Of a stretch of DNA of 64,000 nucleotides, positions 31,919 through 41,788 are shown in pieces. A model generated the notes under the pieces. It did not search any database. It was not told the origin of the DNA and saw only the letters and a program-made list of their open reading frames with translations. The position numbers were made by a program, and so were the translations under genes. Source of the DNA: an uncultured Planctomycetales bacterium (GTDB taxonomy: Bacteria; Omnitrophota; Gorgyraeia; Gygaellales; Profunditerraquicolaceae); the NCBI GenBank assembly GCA_964487475.1, contig CAZAPM010000012.1, positions 2,031 through 66,030 of the forward strand. Direction: 5' to 3'. Position 1 is the first letter of the stretch; every line of letters begins with the position of its first letter.

Positions 31919-32367
31919 AGTGAACCTCCGGTCTCATTGAATTTCTTCATTTCAGGGAATTTCTCTTCAAAACCGGCCTCGGCCGGCACCAGTTTCGCAG
32001 GCTTGATGACCTGCTGCGGCCCGGGGATCTTCTGCATCTGCAGATCCGCAGCCAGGGGAAGCGTCGGCACGATATTCCCGGTCGCGCCGTACTGACGGCC
32101 GGGGGTCAAACCCGCGGCAGGCAGCCGGGGCGCATCCGCATACGCCGACGGTGCACGCAGGGAGATCGCCGGCCCCATCGTCGCGATGGCATTATACGTC
32201 TCCAGGGACGTGCGCCCTACCCAGGTGGAATAGAACGCCGGAGACGTCCCGAATACCGTGGTATACAGCTCACCCCGGGAATAATCATCGTCGGCAGAAC
32301 ATATCCCTGCACACGAGAGCGCCGCGATACATACAATCAGACTCTTCAAGTGCCCCCCTCTCCCCAA
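31915..32367 (-). CDS. Small secreted/lipoprotein of unknown function
   Basis: 150 aa; signal peptide LIVCIAALSCAGICSADD. Confidence 0.35.
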   Translation of the reverse strand: MGRGGHLKSLIVCIAALSCAGICSADDDYSRGELYTTVFGTSPAFYSTWVGRTSLETYNAIATMGPAISLRAPSAYADAPRLPAAGLTPGRQYGATGNIVPTLPLAADLQMQKIPGPQQVIKPAKLVPAEAGFEEKFPEMKKFNETGGSL

Positions 32368-32431
32368 AAAAAAGGGACGATCCTATTGTAGCAGAACCGT
32401 CCCTATTTGCAAGATATTGCACAACTTCGCG

Positions 32432-33877
32432 TTACATTGAAGGCAGATCGCTTCTCCCCATCAGGTGCTCGTCAATGGCCCGTGCGGCTTTACGCCCTTC
32501 GGAGACCGCCCACACGATCAGCGACTGGCCGCGCCGCATATCCCCGGCACAGAATACGCCTTTCTTCGACGTCATATACCGGGCGTCGGTCTTGACATTA
32601 CCCCGGGGGTCAAGCTCCAGGCCCAGGTCCTTCAGCAGCCCGTCATGTTCGGGATGCACGAACCCTACCGCCAGGACCGCCATATCGCATTCGATCTCGA
32701 ATTCGCTTCCGGACATCTCCCGCATCAGGGCACACCCCTTGGCATCCTTCTGGGAAAAATCGACCTCCACGCACTCGATCTTCGACAGCCTCCCCTGCTC
32801 CCCGATGAAACGCTTGGTCAGGACCGCCCACTTACGCTCGGCGCCTTCTTCATGGCTGGTGGAGGTCTTCAAAAGCATCGGGTATTTCGGCCAGGGCTGG
32901 TCGCATGTCCGCTGATCGGCCGGCCGGGGCATCACCTCGATCTGCACCACGCACGCCGCCCCCTGTCGGTTGGCAGTACCCACGCAATCGGCGCCGGTAT
33001 CCCCGCCTCCGATCACCAGGACCTTCTTGCCCTTCGCATCGATACGGGTATCCGCGCTTATGCGCGCTCCGGAAACCAGACGATTGGACTGCATCAGATA
33101 ATCCATGGCGAAATATATCCCCTGCAGCTCGCGGCCTTCGATGTTCAGGTCGCGGGCAGCGCGGGCACCGCCGGCAAGACAGACCGCGTCAAAATCCTTG
33201 AGCAGCTTTTCCGCGGCATACCCTTTGCCCACGTGGGTCGAGGTGGCGAACACGATGCCCTCCTCCTCGAGGATCTTGAGCCTGCGGTCGATCACGCTCT
33301 TTTCCAGCTTGAAGTCGGGAATGCCGAAACGCAGTATCCCTCCCGCTTTCTCGTCACGCTCGAAGACCGTCACCGTATGCCCGGCCTTATTGAGCTGATC
33401 GGCGCAGGAAAGCCCCGCCGGCCCGCTGCCGACCACCGCCACCTTCTTGCCGGTGCGCGTCGCCGGAGGGTTCGCCTTCACCAGCCCGCGCGCGAACGCC
33501 TCCTCGATGATATCCCGCTCATTCTCCCGGATGGTCACCGCGTCATCGTTGATCCCCAGCACGCAGGCGTATTCGCACAGCGCCGGACAAAGCCTGCCGG
33601 TGATCTCCGGCAGGTTGTTCGCCGCCTGCAGCAGGGCGAACGCCTTCTGCCATTTTCCGTGGTAGACGGCATCGTTCCACTCGGGGATATAATTCCCTAC
33701 CGGGCAGGCCCAATGGCAGAACGGCGTGCCGCAATCCATGCACCGCGAAGCCTGCGCCCGGGACTCCTCCCCCTCGCGCGGCTGCGTGACATCCCGGTAA
33801 TCCTTGACACGCTCGCATACCGGGCGGTAATGCGCCTTTTGCCGCTTGACCTTCAGGAAACCTTTCACGTCGCCCAT
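32432..33877 (-). CDS. gltD: Glutamate synthase small (beta) subunit, NADPH-dependent
   Basis: 481 aa; N-terminal Fe-S Cys clusters (CMDCGTPFC…CPALCEYAC), two Rossmann motifs (VAVVGSGPAGL, VLVIGGGDTGADC). Confidence 0.9.
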   Translation of the reverse strand: MGDVKGFLKVKRQKAHYRPVCERVKDYRDVTQPREGEESRAQASRCMDCGTPFCHWACPVGNYIPEWNDAVYHGKWQKAFALLQAANNLPEITGRLCPALCEYACVLGINDDAVTIRENERDIIEEAFARGLVKANPPATRTGKKVAVVGSGPAGLSCADQLNKAGHTVTVFERDEKAGGILRFGIPDFKLEKSVIDRRLKILEEEGIVFATSTHVGKGYAAEKLLKDFDAVCLAGGARAARDLNIEGRELQGIYFAMDYLMQSNRLVSGARISADTRIDAKGKKVLVIGGGDTGADCVGTANRQGAACVVQIEVMPRPADQRTCDQPWPKYPMLLKTSTSHEEGAERKWAVLTKRFIGEQGRLSKIECVEVDFSQKDAKGCALMREMSGSEFEIECDMAVLAVGFVHPEHDGLLKDLGLELDPRGNVKTDARYMTSKKGVFCAGDMRRGQSLIVWAVSEGRKAARAIDEHLMGRSDLPSM

Positions 33878-33880
33878 AGC

Positions 33881-36800
33881 TTATTCCAGGTTCTCCGCCA
33901 GGCCCATCTTCTCCTCCTGCTTCTTGGCTTCCAGGATCCGCTTGTACTCCAGCGGCATGACCTTGACGAAATGGTTGAGTTCATGATTGAAATGCGCGAG
34001 AAGCTTTTCCGCTGCCGCGCTTGCCGTATATTTGAAATGGCTGCGGATAAGGTCGTGCATCACCGCCTCATCCTCCCCGTCCGGCTCCTGCAGCTCGATC
34101 ATCTCCAGGTTGCAGCGGGATTTGAATTTTCTCTGCGGGTCGTAGACATAGGCGATCCCTCCGGACATCCCGGCGCCGAAGTTCCTGCCGGTCTCTCCCA
34201 GGATCACCAGGCGTCCTCCGGTCATATATTCGCAGCCGTGGTCCCCCACGCCTTCCACTACCCCGTAAAGGCCGGAGTTGCGGATACAGAACCGTTCCCC
34301 GGCCATGCCCCGGATATACGCCTCCCCGGTGATGGCGCCGTAGAACGTGGTATTGCCGATGATGATGTTCTGCGAGGAATCGAAGCGGGCTTTTTTGTCG
34401 GGATAGATGATGATCTTTCCGCCGGAGATGCCTTTTCCGACGTAGTCGTTGGCCATGCCCTCCAGCTCGAAGGTAACACCCTTTGCCAGCCAGGCCCCGA
34501 AGCTCTGCCCGGCCACCCCGAGGAATTTGCAGGTGATGGTATCCTCCGCCAGGCCGTCCTCCCCGAAATTCCGGCACACCTGGCCGGAAAGCATCGCGCC
34601 CGTGGTACGGTTATAATTTCGGATCGGCAGCTCGATCTTCACCGGGGTCTGCGCCTGCAACGCGGCGGACGCCTTCTCGATCAGGGTACGGTCGAGCACC
34701 TTATCGATACCGTGGTCCTGGGAAATGGTGCAGCGGGTCTTGACGGACGCGGGCACCTCCGGCTTATACAGCAGCCGGGAGAAATCGATGGCCTTCGCCT
34801 TCCAGGGGATGATCCCGGTATTCGCCTCCAGCAGGTCGGTGCGGCCGACCAGCTCCTCCAGGGTCAGGATACCCAGGCTCGCCATGATCTCGCGCAGCTC
34901 TTCGGCCACGAAACGCAGGTAGTTCTCCACGTATTCCGGCTTGCCGCGGAAACGCTTGCGCAGGATCTCGTCCTGAGTGGCCACTCCCACGGAACAATTG
35001 TTGAGATTACAGTGGCGCAGCATCACGCAGCCGAGCGTGATCAGCGCGGCGGTACAGAACCCGTACTCCTCGGCCCCCAGCATGGCGGCGATAGCCACGT
35101 CGCGGCCGGTGCGCATCTGGCCGTCGGTCTGCAGCCGCACGCGGCTGCGCAGGTCGTTCAAGACCAGCGTCTGGTGGGTCTCGGAAAGCCCCAGTTCCCA
35201 GGGAAGGCCGGCGTGCTTGATCGAGCTCAAAGGGGACGCCCCGGTGCCGCCGTCGAAGCCGGAGATGAGGATCATGTCCGCGTGGCCCTTGGCCACGCCT
35301 GCCGCGACCGTCCCCACGCCGATCTCGGAGACCAGCTTGACGCTGATGCGCGCGCCGGGATTGGTGTTCTTCAGGTCGAATATCAGCTGCGCCAGGTCCT
35401 CGATGGAATAGATATCGTGGTGCGGCGGCGGGGAGATCAGGGTCACTCCCGGAGTGGTATACCGGGTCTTGGCGATGGTGACGCTCACTTTATGCCCGGG
35501 CAGCTGCCCGCCTTCTCCGGGCTTGGCGCCCTGGGCGATCTTGATCTGCAGCTCATCACCGTTGACCAGATAATTGGTGGTCACCCCGAAGCGGCCGGAA
35601 GCCACCTGCTTGACCGCGCTGCGCAGGGAATCCCCGTTCGGCAGGGGCCGGAAACGCATGGGATCCTCTCCGCCCTCCCCGGTATTGGACTTTCCCTTGA
35701 GCCGGTTCATGGCGACGGCCAGCGCCTCATGCGCCTCTTTGCTGATGGAGCCGAAACTCATGGCTCCGGTGACAAAGCGGGTCACGATGGAAGACACCGG
35801 CTCGACCTTCTCCAGAGACACCGGAGTGCCGGATTTGAATTTCAAAAGACTGCGCAACGTCGCCGGCTGCGCCGATTGGTCGTTGATCAGTCCGGCGAAC
35901 TGACGGTACTTCTTCTGGTCCCCGCTCCACGCGGCATCCTGCAGCGCGGCGATGGATTCCGGGTTCCAGAGATGGAACTCCCCGTCCTTCTTCCATTGGT
36001 ACACCCCTCCGGTGGAAAGCATCGGGGGCTGCTGTACCGTCGCGTACGCCTGCGCATGCCGCAAGAGCGTCTCCTGCGCGATCACCCCTAAGTCCGCGCC
36101 TCCGATACGGGAAACGGTCCCGGGGAAACACTGTTCTATCACATCCGAATTCAGGCCAAGGGCCTCGAAGATCTGGGCGCCGCGGTAACTCTGCAAGGTC
36201 GAGATCCCCATTTTCGAGAGCACCTTCAGGATCCCCTTTTCCACCGCCTTGATGTAATGATACTGCGCTTTTTCCGCGAGCTTAGGCTCGATCTCCCCCT
36301 CTTCGATCATGGAAGAGATAGCCTCGTACGCCAGGTAAGGATTGACGCAATCCACGCCGTAGCCGAAAAGCAGGGCGAAATGATGCACTTCCCGCGGCTC
36401 GCCGCTTTCCACGATGATGCTGATCTGGGAACGCAGCGACCTCTTGACCAGGTGATGATGCACCGCCCCTGCCGCCAGGAGCGCCGGAAGCGCCGCCTTC
36501 TGCGGAGATACCCCCCGGTCGCTTAAGATGATGAAGGTATACCCTTCGCTGATCGCCGCCTCGGCTTCCCGGCGGATCCGCTCCAGGGTCAACGCAAAGT
36601 CCTCTTTTTTCCCGGCATCGAAGAGCACGGAGATGGTCTTGGTCCTGAACCCGCCCTCGCGTATGGAAGAAAGCTTGGCCAGCTCGGCGTTGGAAAGGAT
36701 GGGATGTTTGACCCGGACCTTATGCGCGTGCGCCGCGGTCTCCTCCAGGGTGTTCTTATCGGGGCCGAGGTATGTCTCCAGGCTCATGACCAGCTCTTCC

Positions 36801-38407
36801 CTGATGGGATCGATGGCCGGATTGGTGACCTGGGCGAAAAGCTGCTTGAAATACCCGTACAGCACCTGCGGCCCCTTGGAGAGCACCGCGTGAGGCGTAT
36901 CGCTGCCCATGGCGCCCACCGGCTCCTGGCCGGTCTCGGCCATGGGTTTGATCACCGTGCGCAGGTCTTCCCGGGTGTACCCGAACGCCTTAAGCTGCGC
37001 GAGCGCCTCGGGACCATACCCCTTGGCTGCCTTACCCGGCGCCACGGAATCCAACTCGACCATGTGCTGCGAGATCCACTGGCCGTACGGCTGGCGGCCG
37101 GAGATCTGGCGCTTGACCTCCTCATCCTCGATGATGCGCCCTTCCTCGGTATCGATGTAAAAGATCTTGCCCGGCTCGAGCCGTCCGGATCTGACGATAT
37201 CCGCGGGCTTGATATCCAGCACCCCCATCTCGGAGGCCATGACCACGAAATCATCCTTGGTCACCAGATAGCGCGCCGGACGCAAACCGTTGCGGTCCAG
37301 CAGCGCGCCGATACGGGTGCCGTCGGTAAAGGCCATGGCCGCCGGGCCGTCCCAGGGCTCCATCAGGCAGGCGTGGTACTTGTAAAAATCCACCAGCCCC
37401 GGGTCCATCTGCGAGTGCTGCTGCCAGGCTCCGGGGATGAGCATCATCATGGCGTGCGGTAAAGACCTGCCGGAGAGCACCAGGAGTTCCAGGGCGTTGT
37501 CGATGGCCGCGGAATCGCTGCCTCCGGGCACGATGACCGGATAGATATCCTTGAGCTCGCGGCCGAATTCCCGGCTTTTCAGCAGCCCCTCCCTGGCGCG
37601 CATCCAGTTGATGTTCCCGCGCAACGTGTTGATCTCGCCGTTATGCGCCAGGAAACGGAAAGGCTGCGCCAGGTCCCAGGTCGGGAAGGTGTTGGTACTG
37701 TAACGGGAATGGACCAGGCACAGGGCGCTTTGCAGCGTATGGTCCTGCAGATCGACGAAGAAGCTCTCCACCTGCTCCGGCATCAGAAGACCCTTGAAGG
37801 AGAAGGTGCGGCTGGAAAGGTTGGTGATATAGAAAGACTGTTTCTGCGCAAGGTTCGATCCGCGCACGGCGTTCTCCACCGTCTTACGGATCACGTACAG
37901 CGCCCGCTCGAACGCCAGGACATCCGTCAGGGAGTGCGCCCGGCCCACGATGATCTGCTCGATCACGGGAGCGGTCTCCTTGGCGGTGACGCCGATATCG
38001 CTGTCATCCACCGGGACCTTGCGCCATCCCAGGAGCTCCTGACCCTCTTTTTTCACCGCTGCGGCGAACGCATCCTTGCAGAACTGGCGCTCTTTCGCAT
38101 TTTGCGGCAGGAACACCAGACCGCTGGCATAGGCGCCCTGCGCGGGAAGCGCGACCTTCGCCTCCTCCGCCGCTTTCGCCATGAAGGCATGCGGCATCTG
38201 GATGAGGATGCCGGCGCCGTCCCCGGTCTTGGGGTCCGCGCCCGTGGCGCCGCGATGGGAAAGCCGCACCAGGATCTCCAGGCCCTGCCTGATGATATGA
38301 TGGGTCCTGGCGCCTTTGATATCGCAGACGAACCCTACCCCGCAGGCGTCATGCTCGAAACGCGGGTCATACAGACCGAAATGTGAGAGTCTCTCTCGTG
38401 CGTTCAT
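33881..38407 (-). CDS. gltB: Glutamate synthase large (alpha) subunit
   Basis: 1508 aa; N-terminal Ntn amidotransferase (CGVGFVCDIKG), central domain, FMN domain and C-terminal GXGXG domain. Confidence 0.92.
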   Translation of the reverse strand: MNARERLSHFGLYDPRFEHDACGVGFVCDIKGARTHHIIRQGLEILVRLSHRGATGADPKTGDGAGILIQMPHAFMAKAAEEAKVALPAQGAYASGLVFLPQNAKERQFCKDAFAAAVKKEGQELLGWRKVPVDDSDIGVTAKETAPVIEQIIVGRAHSLTDVLAFERALYVIRKTVENAVRGSNLAQKQSFYITNLSSRTFSFKGLLMPEQVESFFVDLQDHTLQSALCLVHSRYSTNTFPTWDLAQPFRFLAHNGEINTLRGNINWMRAREGLLKSREFGRELKDIYPVIVPGGSDSAAIDNALELLVLSGRSLPHAMMMLIPGAWQQHSQMDPGLVDFYKYHACLMEPWDGPAAMAFTDGTRIGALLDRNGLRPARYLVTKDDFVVMASEMGVLDIKPADIVRSGRLEPGKIFYIDTEEGRIIEDEEVKRQISGRQPYGQWISQHMVELDSVAPGKAAKGYGPEALAQLKAFGYTREDLRTVIKPMAETGQEPVGAMGSDTPHAVLSKGPQVLYGYFKQLFAQVTNPAIDPIREELVMSLETYLGPDKNTLEETAAHAHKVRVKHPILSNAELAKLSSIREGGFRTKTISVLFDAGKKEDFALTLERIRREAEAAISEGYTFIILSDRGVSPQKAALPALLAAGAVHHHLVKRSLRSQISIIVESGEPREVHHFALLFGYGVDCVNPYLAYEAISSMIEEGEIEPKLAEKAQYHYIKAVEKGILKVLSKMGISTLQSYRGAQIFEALGLNSDVIEQCFPGTVSRIGGADLGVIAQETLLRHAQAYATVQQPPMLSTGGVYQWKKDGEFHLWNPESIAALQDAAWSGDQKKYRQFAGLINDQSAQPATLRSLLKFKSGTPVSLEKVEPVSSIVTRFVTGAMSFGSISKEAHEALAVAMNRLKGKSNTGEGGEDPMRFRPLPNGDSLRSAVKQVASGRFGVTTNYLVNGDELQIKIAQGAKPGEGGQLPGHKVSVTIAKTRYTTPGVTLISPPPHHDIYSIEDLAQLIFDLKNTNPGARISVKLVSEIGVGTVAAGVAKGHADMILISGFDGGTGASPLSSIKHAGLPWELGLSETHQTLVLNDLRSRVRLQTDGQMRTGRDVAIAAMLGAEEYGFCTAALITLGCVMLRHCNLNNCSVGVATQDEILRKRFRGKPEYVENYLRFVAEELREIMASLGILTLEELVGRTDLLEANTGIIPWKAKAIDFSRLLYKPEVPASVKTRCTISQDHGIDKVLDRTLIEKASAALQAQTPVKIELPIRNYNRTTGAMLSGQVCRNFGEDGLAEDTITCKFLGVAGQSFGAWLAKGVTFELEGMANDYVGKGISGGKIIIYPDKKARFDSSQNIIIGNTTFYGAITGEAYIRGMAGERFCIRNSGLYGVVEGVGDHGCEYMTGGRLVILGETGRNFGAGMSGGIAYVYDPQRKFKSRCNLEMIELQEPDGEDEAVMHDLIRSHFKYTASAAAEKLLAHFNHELNHFVKVMPLEYKRILEAKKQEEKMGLAENLE

Positions 38408-38427
38408 ATACGGAACCTGTGCTTCGG

Positions 38428-38805
38428 TTACACTTTGAATGAGTCCGGATCGATCCCCAGCTTCTTGATTTTTGCGCGGATGGTATTGCGGTTTAACCCA
38501 AGGATTTTAGCGGCTTTAAGCTGGTTTCCCTCGGTACGCTCCAGCACAGACTCAATAATGGGTTTTTCCAGTATCTCTAAAAGAGATTTATATAATACAC
38601 CCTTTTTTTCATCGTACAAGTTATTTTCCAGCTCGCGGATGGATCGGGAAATGCTGCCGCCCGCGTCAGCGGAGGGCTTCTTCATCACATGCACGACGCC
38701 TTCCTGGCGGGCATCCTCCTGCATGCAGAACCCCTGCCGCTCCAGCACCTGCGCGATGATCTCTTTGACCCGCCTGTCCTCTTCCGTGATCCGCAATGTC
38801 ACCAT
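38428..38805 (-). CDS. Small Fis-family (HTH_8) DNA-binding protein, a stand-alone NtrC-C-terminus-like HTH
   Basis: 125 aa; C-terminal LERTEGNQLKAAKILGLNRNTIRAKIKKLGI is a Fis/NtrC-type HTH. No sigma54 AAA+ or receiver domain. The 20-nt gap to gltB suggests co-transcription. Confidence 0.6.
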   Translation of the reverse strand: MVTLRITEEDRRVKEIIAQVLERQGFCMQEDARQEGVVHVMKKPSADAGGSISRSIRELENNLYDEKKGVLYKSLLEILEKPIIESVLERTEGNQLKAAKILGLNRNTIRAKIKKLGIDPDSFKV

Positions 38806-38924
38806 CGTGATTAATTTTTATGCAACGCACCGTTAAAAAAAAGCGCCCAAGAAAAGGCCTCTCCCCTTGAACGCCGGCGTTCATGCAACCAATCACGCGG
38901 TACGGCACTGTACCCCGCCATATA

Positions 38925-38954
38925 TACAAGTAAAAAAAAGCCGCGGGTGGTAAC
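38925..38954 (-). promoter_or_regulatory. Site D of the conserved bipartite motif GTTACCA-N14-TTACTTGTA, upstream of the Fis-like-gltBD operon
   Basis: Plus strand reads TACAAGTAA-N14-TGGTAAC. The GTTACCA half lies in the 3' arm of the glnN terminator stem. Confidence 0.6.
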
Positions 38955-38977
38955 ACCTAAGTGTTACTACCCGCGGC
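38932..38977 (-). terminator. Rho-independent terminator of glnN (17-bp stem with one mismatch, TTAG loop, T8)
   Basis: Minus strand: GCCGCGGGTAGTAACAC-TTAG-GTGTTACCACCCGCGGC-TTTTTTTT, starting 18 nt after the glnN stop. Confidence 0.75.
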
Positions 38978-38994
38978 TTGAGGTACCGCGCGGA

Positions 38995-41183
38995 TTACTT
39001 GATAAAAAGCATCTCCCGGTACTTCGGCAGATCCCAATGCTCGTCGGAGACCACGGCCTCGAGCGCATCCACGTGCTTGCGGATGTGCGCCATCAGAGGC
39101 TTGAGCTCCTCAAAATAGAGCATCGCCCGCTCCTCGCCTTCCATCTTGGCCGCCTTTTCCAGGAGCTTGACCATCTCCTTGGCGTTACGGCGGACGTAGA
39201 AGACCATGGAGACCACCTCGCTCAAGTGGTTCTTCAGGTCCTCGAAGGCCTTGGTATCCACCTTGACCGCCGATTTCTTGAGCGCGGCGATCGCGCCCAC
39301 GTTATCCGCCAGCATCTTCTGGTATTCCAGGCCGGCCGGAACCACGCTGGCGTTGACCATCTCGTGCAGGGTATTGGCCTCGATCTCGAGCAGGAGGCAG
39401 TACGTATGCACCCAGATATGGAAACGCGCCAGCACCTCCTCCTTGGTGAACACCTTATATTTCTCGAAGAGCGCGACGTTCGCCGGCTTCTTCAGGGCCT
39501 CGAGCGCTTCCACGGCGGAGGCGACGTTCGGCAGCCCCCGTTTCTTGGCTTCTTTAACCCACTCTTCCGAATAGTTATTGCCCTCGAAACGGATCGCCTT
39601 GTGCTCCTTGTAGAGCCTGGCCACCACCTTGAGCACCGCGGCGTTGAAATCCCCCTTCGCCGCCTCTTTTTTGATCTCGGAGGCCACGTAATCCAGGGAT
39701 TCCGCGATGATGGTATTGATCACGGTCAGAGGTGTAGCGATGTTCTGGGAGGACCCCACGGCGCGGAACTCGAACTTGTTGCCGGTAAAGGCAAACGGCG
39801 AAGTGCGGTTGCGGTCGGTGGTATCCTTATTGAATTTCGGCAGCCGGCCTACGCCCACGTCATACACTTCCTGGCCGGACATCTTCTCTTTCACGCCCTT
39901 CTCGATGGCATCCACGATCTTGACCAGCTGATCGCCCAGGAAGACGCTTACGATCGCCGGAGGCGCTTCGTTGGCGCCCAGGCGGTGCTCGTTGCCGGCG
40001 GTCGCCACGGCCGCGCGCAACAGGTCCGCATGCAGGTGCACGGCACGCAGCACCGCTGCCAGCACTGCCAGGAACTGCAGGTTATCCGCGGGAGTTTCCC
40101 CGGGATTAAGCAGGTTATTGCCCTTATCGTCCGCCATGGCCCAGTTCACGTGCTTGCCGCTTCCGTTGATCCCGGCAAAGGGCTTCTCGTGCAGCAGGCA
40201 GACCAGGTTATGGCGCAACGCCACCTTCTTCATGATCTCCATGAGCATCTGGTTATGGTCGGTGGCCAGGTTCGACTCCTCGAAGATCGGCGCGAACTCA
40301 TACTGGTGCGGCGCCACTTCGTTATGCCGGGTCACTACCGGGATCCCCAGCTTATACGCTTCTTCCGCCACTTCGAACATATAATTGAGCACCCGCTCCT
40401 TGATGGACCCGAAATACTGGTCTTCCATCTGCTGGCCCTTAGGGGACGGAGCACCCACGAGGGTGCGGCCGGCCATCACCAGGTCCTGGCGCAGGTTGTA
40501 ATAGTTCTTATCGATCAGGAAATACTCCTGTTCCGGGCCGCAGGTAGAGATGACCTTTTTCACGTCATGCCCGAACATCCTGAGCAGATTGCACGCCGCC
40601 TTGCTCACCGCTTCGTCGGAACGCAGCAAAGGCAGTTTCTGGTCCAGCGCCTCGCCGTGATAGGCGATGAAGATGGTGGGGATACAAAGGGTCTTGCCCA
40701 GCTTGGCCTCGGTGATGAACGCGGGGCTGGAAGGGTCCCACGCCGTATACCCGCGGGCTTCGAAGGTCGCGCGGATACCGCCCGAAGGGAAAGAGCTGGC
40801 ATCGGGCTCGCCCTGGATGAGCTTCGATCCGGAGAACTTCTCGATGACCTTGCCCGGGCCGGTGATGGAGATGAACCCGTCGTGCTTCTCGGCGGTCAAG
40901 CCGGTCATGGGCTGGAACCAGTGGGTATAAAAAGTGGCTCCCTTGGCCATCGCCCATTCCTTCATGGCATTGGCGATCTCGTTCGCCTGTTCCAGGGAGA
41001 TGGTCTTGCCTTCGTTGAGCCACATCTTAAAGGCTTCAAAGGTCTCCTTGGAGATATGCTTTTGCATGGTCTCCATGCTGAAGGTGTTCTCCCCGAAATA
41101 GGAAGAGACCTTTTTGGGAGACTCGACTTTCTTCAGATCGACACTATTGATCTTGAACAACGCTTCATGACGGATACCCATTG
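38995..41183 (-). CDS. glnN: Glutamine synthetase type III
   Basis: ~729 aa from MGIRHEALFKIN… (RBS AAGGAGG 6 nt upstream; the ORF track extends it to 41313). GSIII-specific N-terminal domain plus GS catalytic domain (TFYTHWFQPMTGLTAEKHD…). Confidence 0.88.
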
Positions 41184-41348
41184 CTTCCTCCTTGACTGGT
41201 TTCTCTAATTGGACCATTTTACCACATCCCGGAACCGGCGCACACAAAAAAAAGACGTCCGCAGGCAAAACCGCTCTGCCTCGAACGCCGCTGTTCGCTG
41301 CTAAATCACGCACCCCTCAGTGCCTAAAAATCGACCACCCACATAAAG

Positions 41349-41378
41349 TACAAGTAAAACTGCAGACTTATTGGTAAC
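41349..41378 (-). promoter_or_regulatory. Site A of the conserved bipartite motif GTTACCA-N14-TTACTTGTA, 166 nt upstream of glnN
   Basis: Plus strand: tacaagtaa aactgcagacttat tggtaac. Confidence 0.6.
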
Positions 41379-41421
41379 CCGGAAAGAACTTCACCCGGCA
41401 TCCCGATAAGCCGAGGTGAAA

Positions 41422-41763
41422 CTATCCAATAGCCTGCGAACCCCGCTCTTCGGTACGGATACGCACGCACTCCTTCAAGTCCAGGATGAATATCTTCCCG
41501 TCCCCGGTCTCCCCGGTCTTGGCGCCCTTGATGATCGCCTTGACCGTCGGCTCCACGAAGTTATCGTTGACCGCGATCTCGAGCCTGACCTTGCGCAGCA
41601 GATTCCCGGATTCCCGGGCCCCGCGGTACACTTCGGTCACTCCCTTCTGCCGGCCGTGCCCCAGCACCTCGGAGACGGTGATCAGATGCACATCCGCCTT
41701 ATACAACTCCTCTTTGACCTCTTCCAGCTTGTACGGCTGGATTATCGCGATGATCAGCTTCAT
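41422..41763 (-). CDS. glnK: Nitrogen regulatory protein P-II (GlnK-type, downstream of amt)
   Basis: 113 aa; [20 protein letters not shown]…; T-loop [17 protein letters not shown] with Tyr51. Confidence 0.92.
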   Translation of the reverse strand: MKLIIAIIQPYKLEEVKEELYKADVHLITVSEVLGHGRQKGVTEVYRGARESGNLLRKVRLEIAVNDNFVEPTVKAIIKGAKTGETGDGKIFILDLKECVRIRTEERGSQAIG

Positions 41764-41788
41764 AGTGTCCCCTTTCGCAAATGCAGGA

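Noticed and set aside
32465-36091. 1208-aa plus-strand ORF (and similar very long plus ORFs 38947..41208, 12177..13934, 18945..20336, 21168..22967, 42065..43072, 43700..44791, 45920..46651)
   Set aside because: Each lies exactly opposite a well-supported minus-strand gene (gltB/gltD, glnN, the ABC exporter, carB, the DUF1846 protein, amt1, amt2, nadE). All are R/H/G/P/L-rich with no domain signatures, the classic high-GC antisense frames.
41281-41340. Possible sigma54 -24/-12 promoter (AGGCAC…GGTGCG) upstream of glnN
   Set aside because: GG/GC spacing is off by one relative to TGGCAC-N5-TTGC and the -12 element is poor. No rpoN or enhancer-binding-protein gene is present locally.
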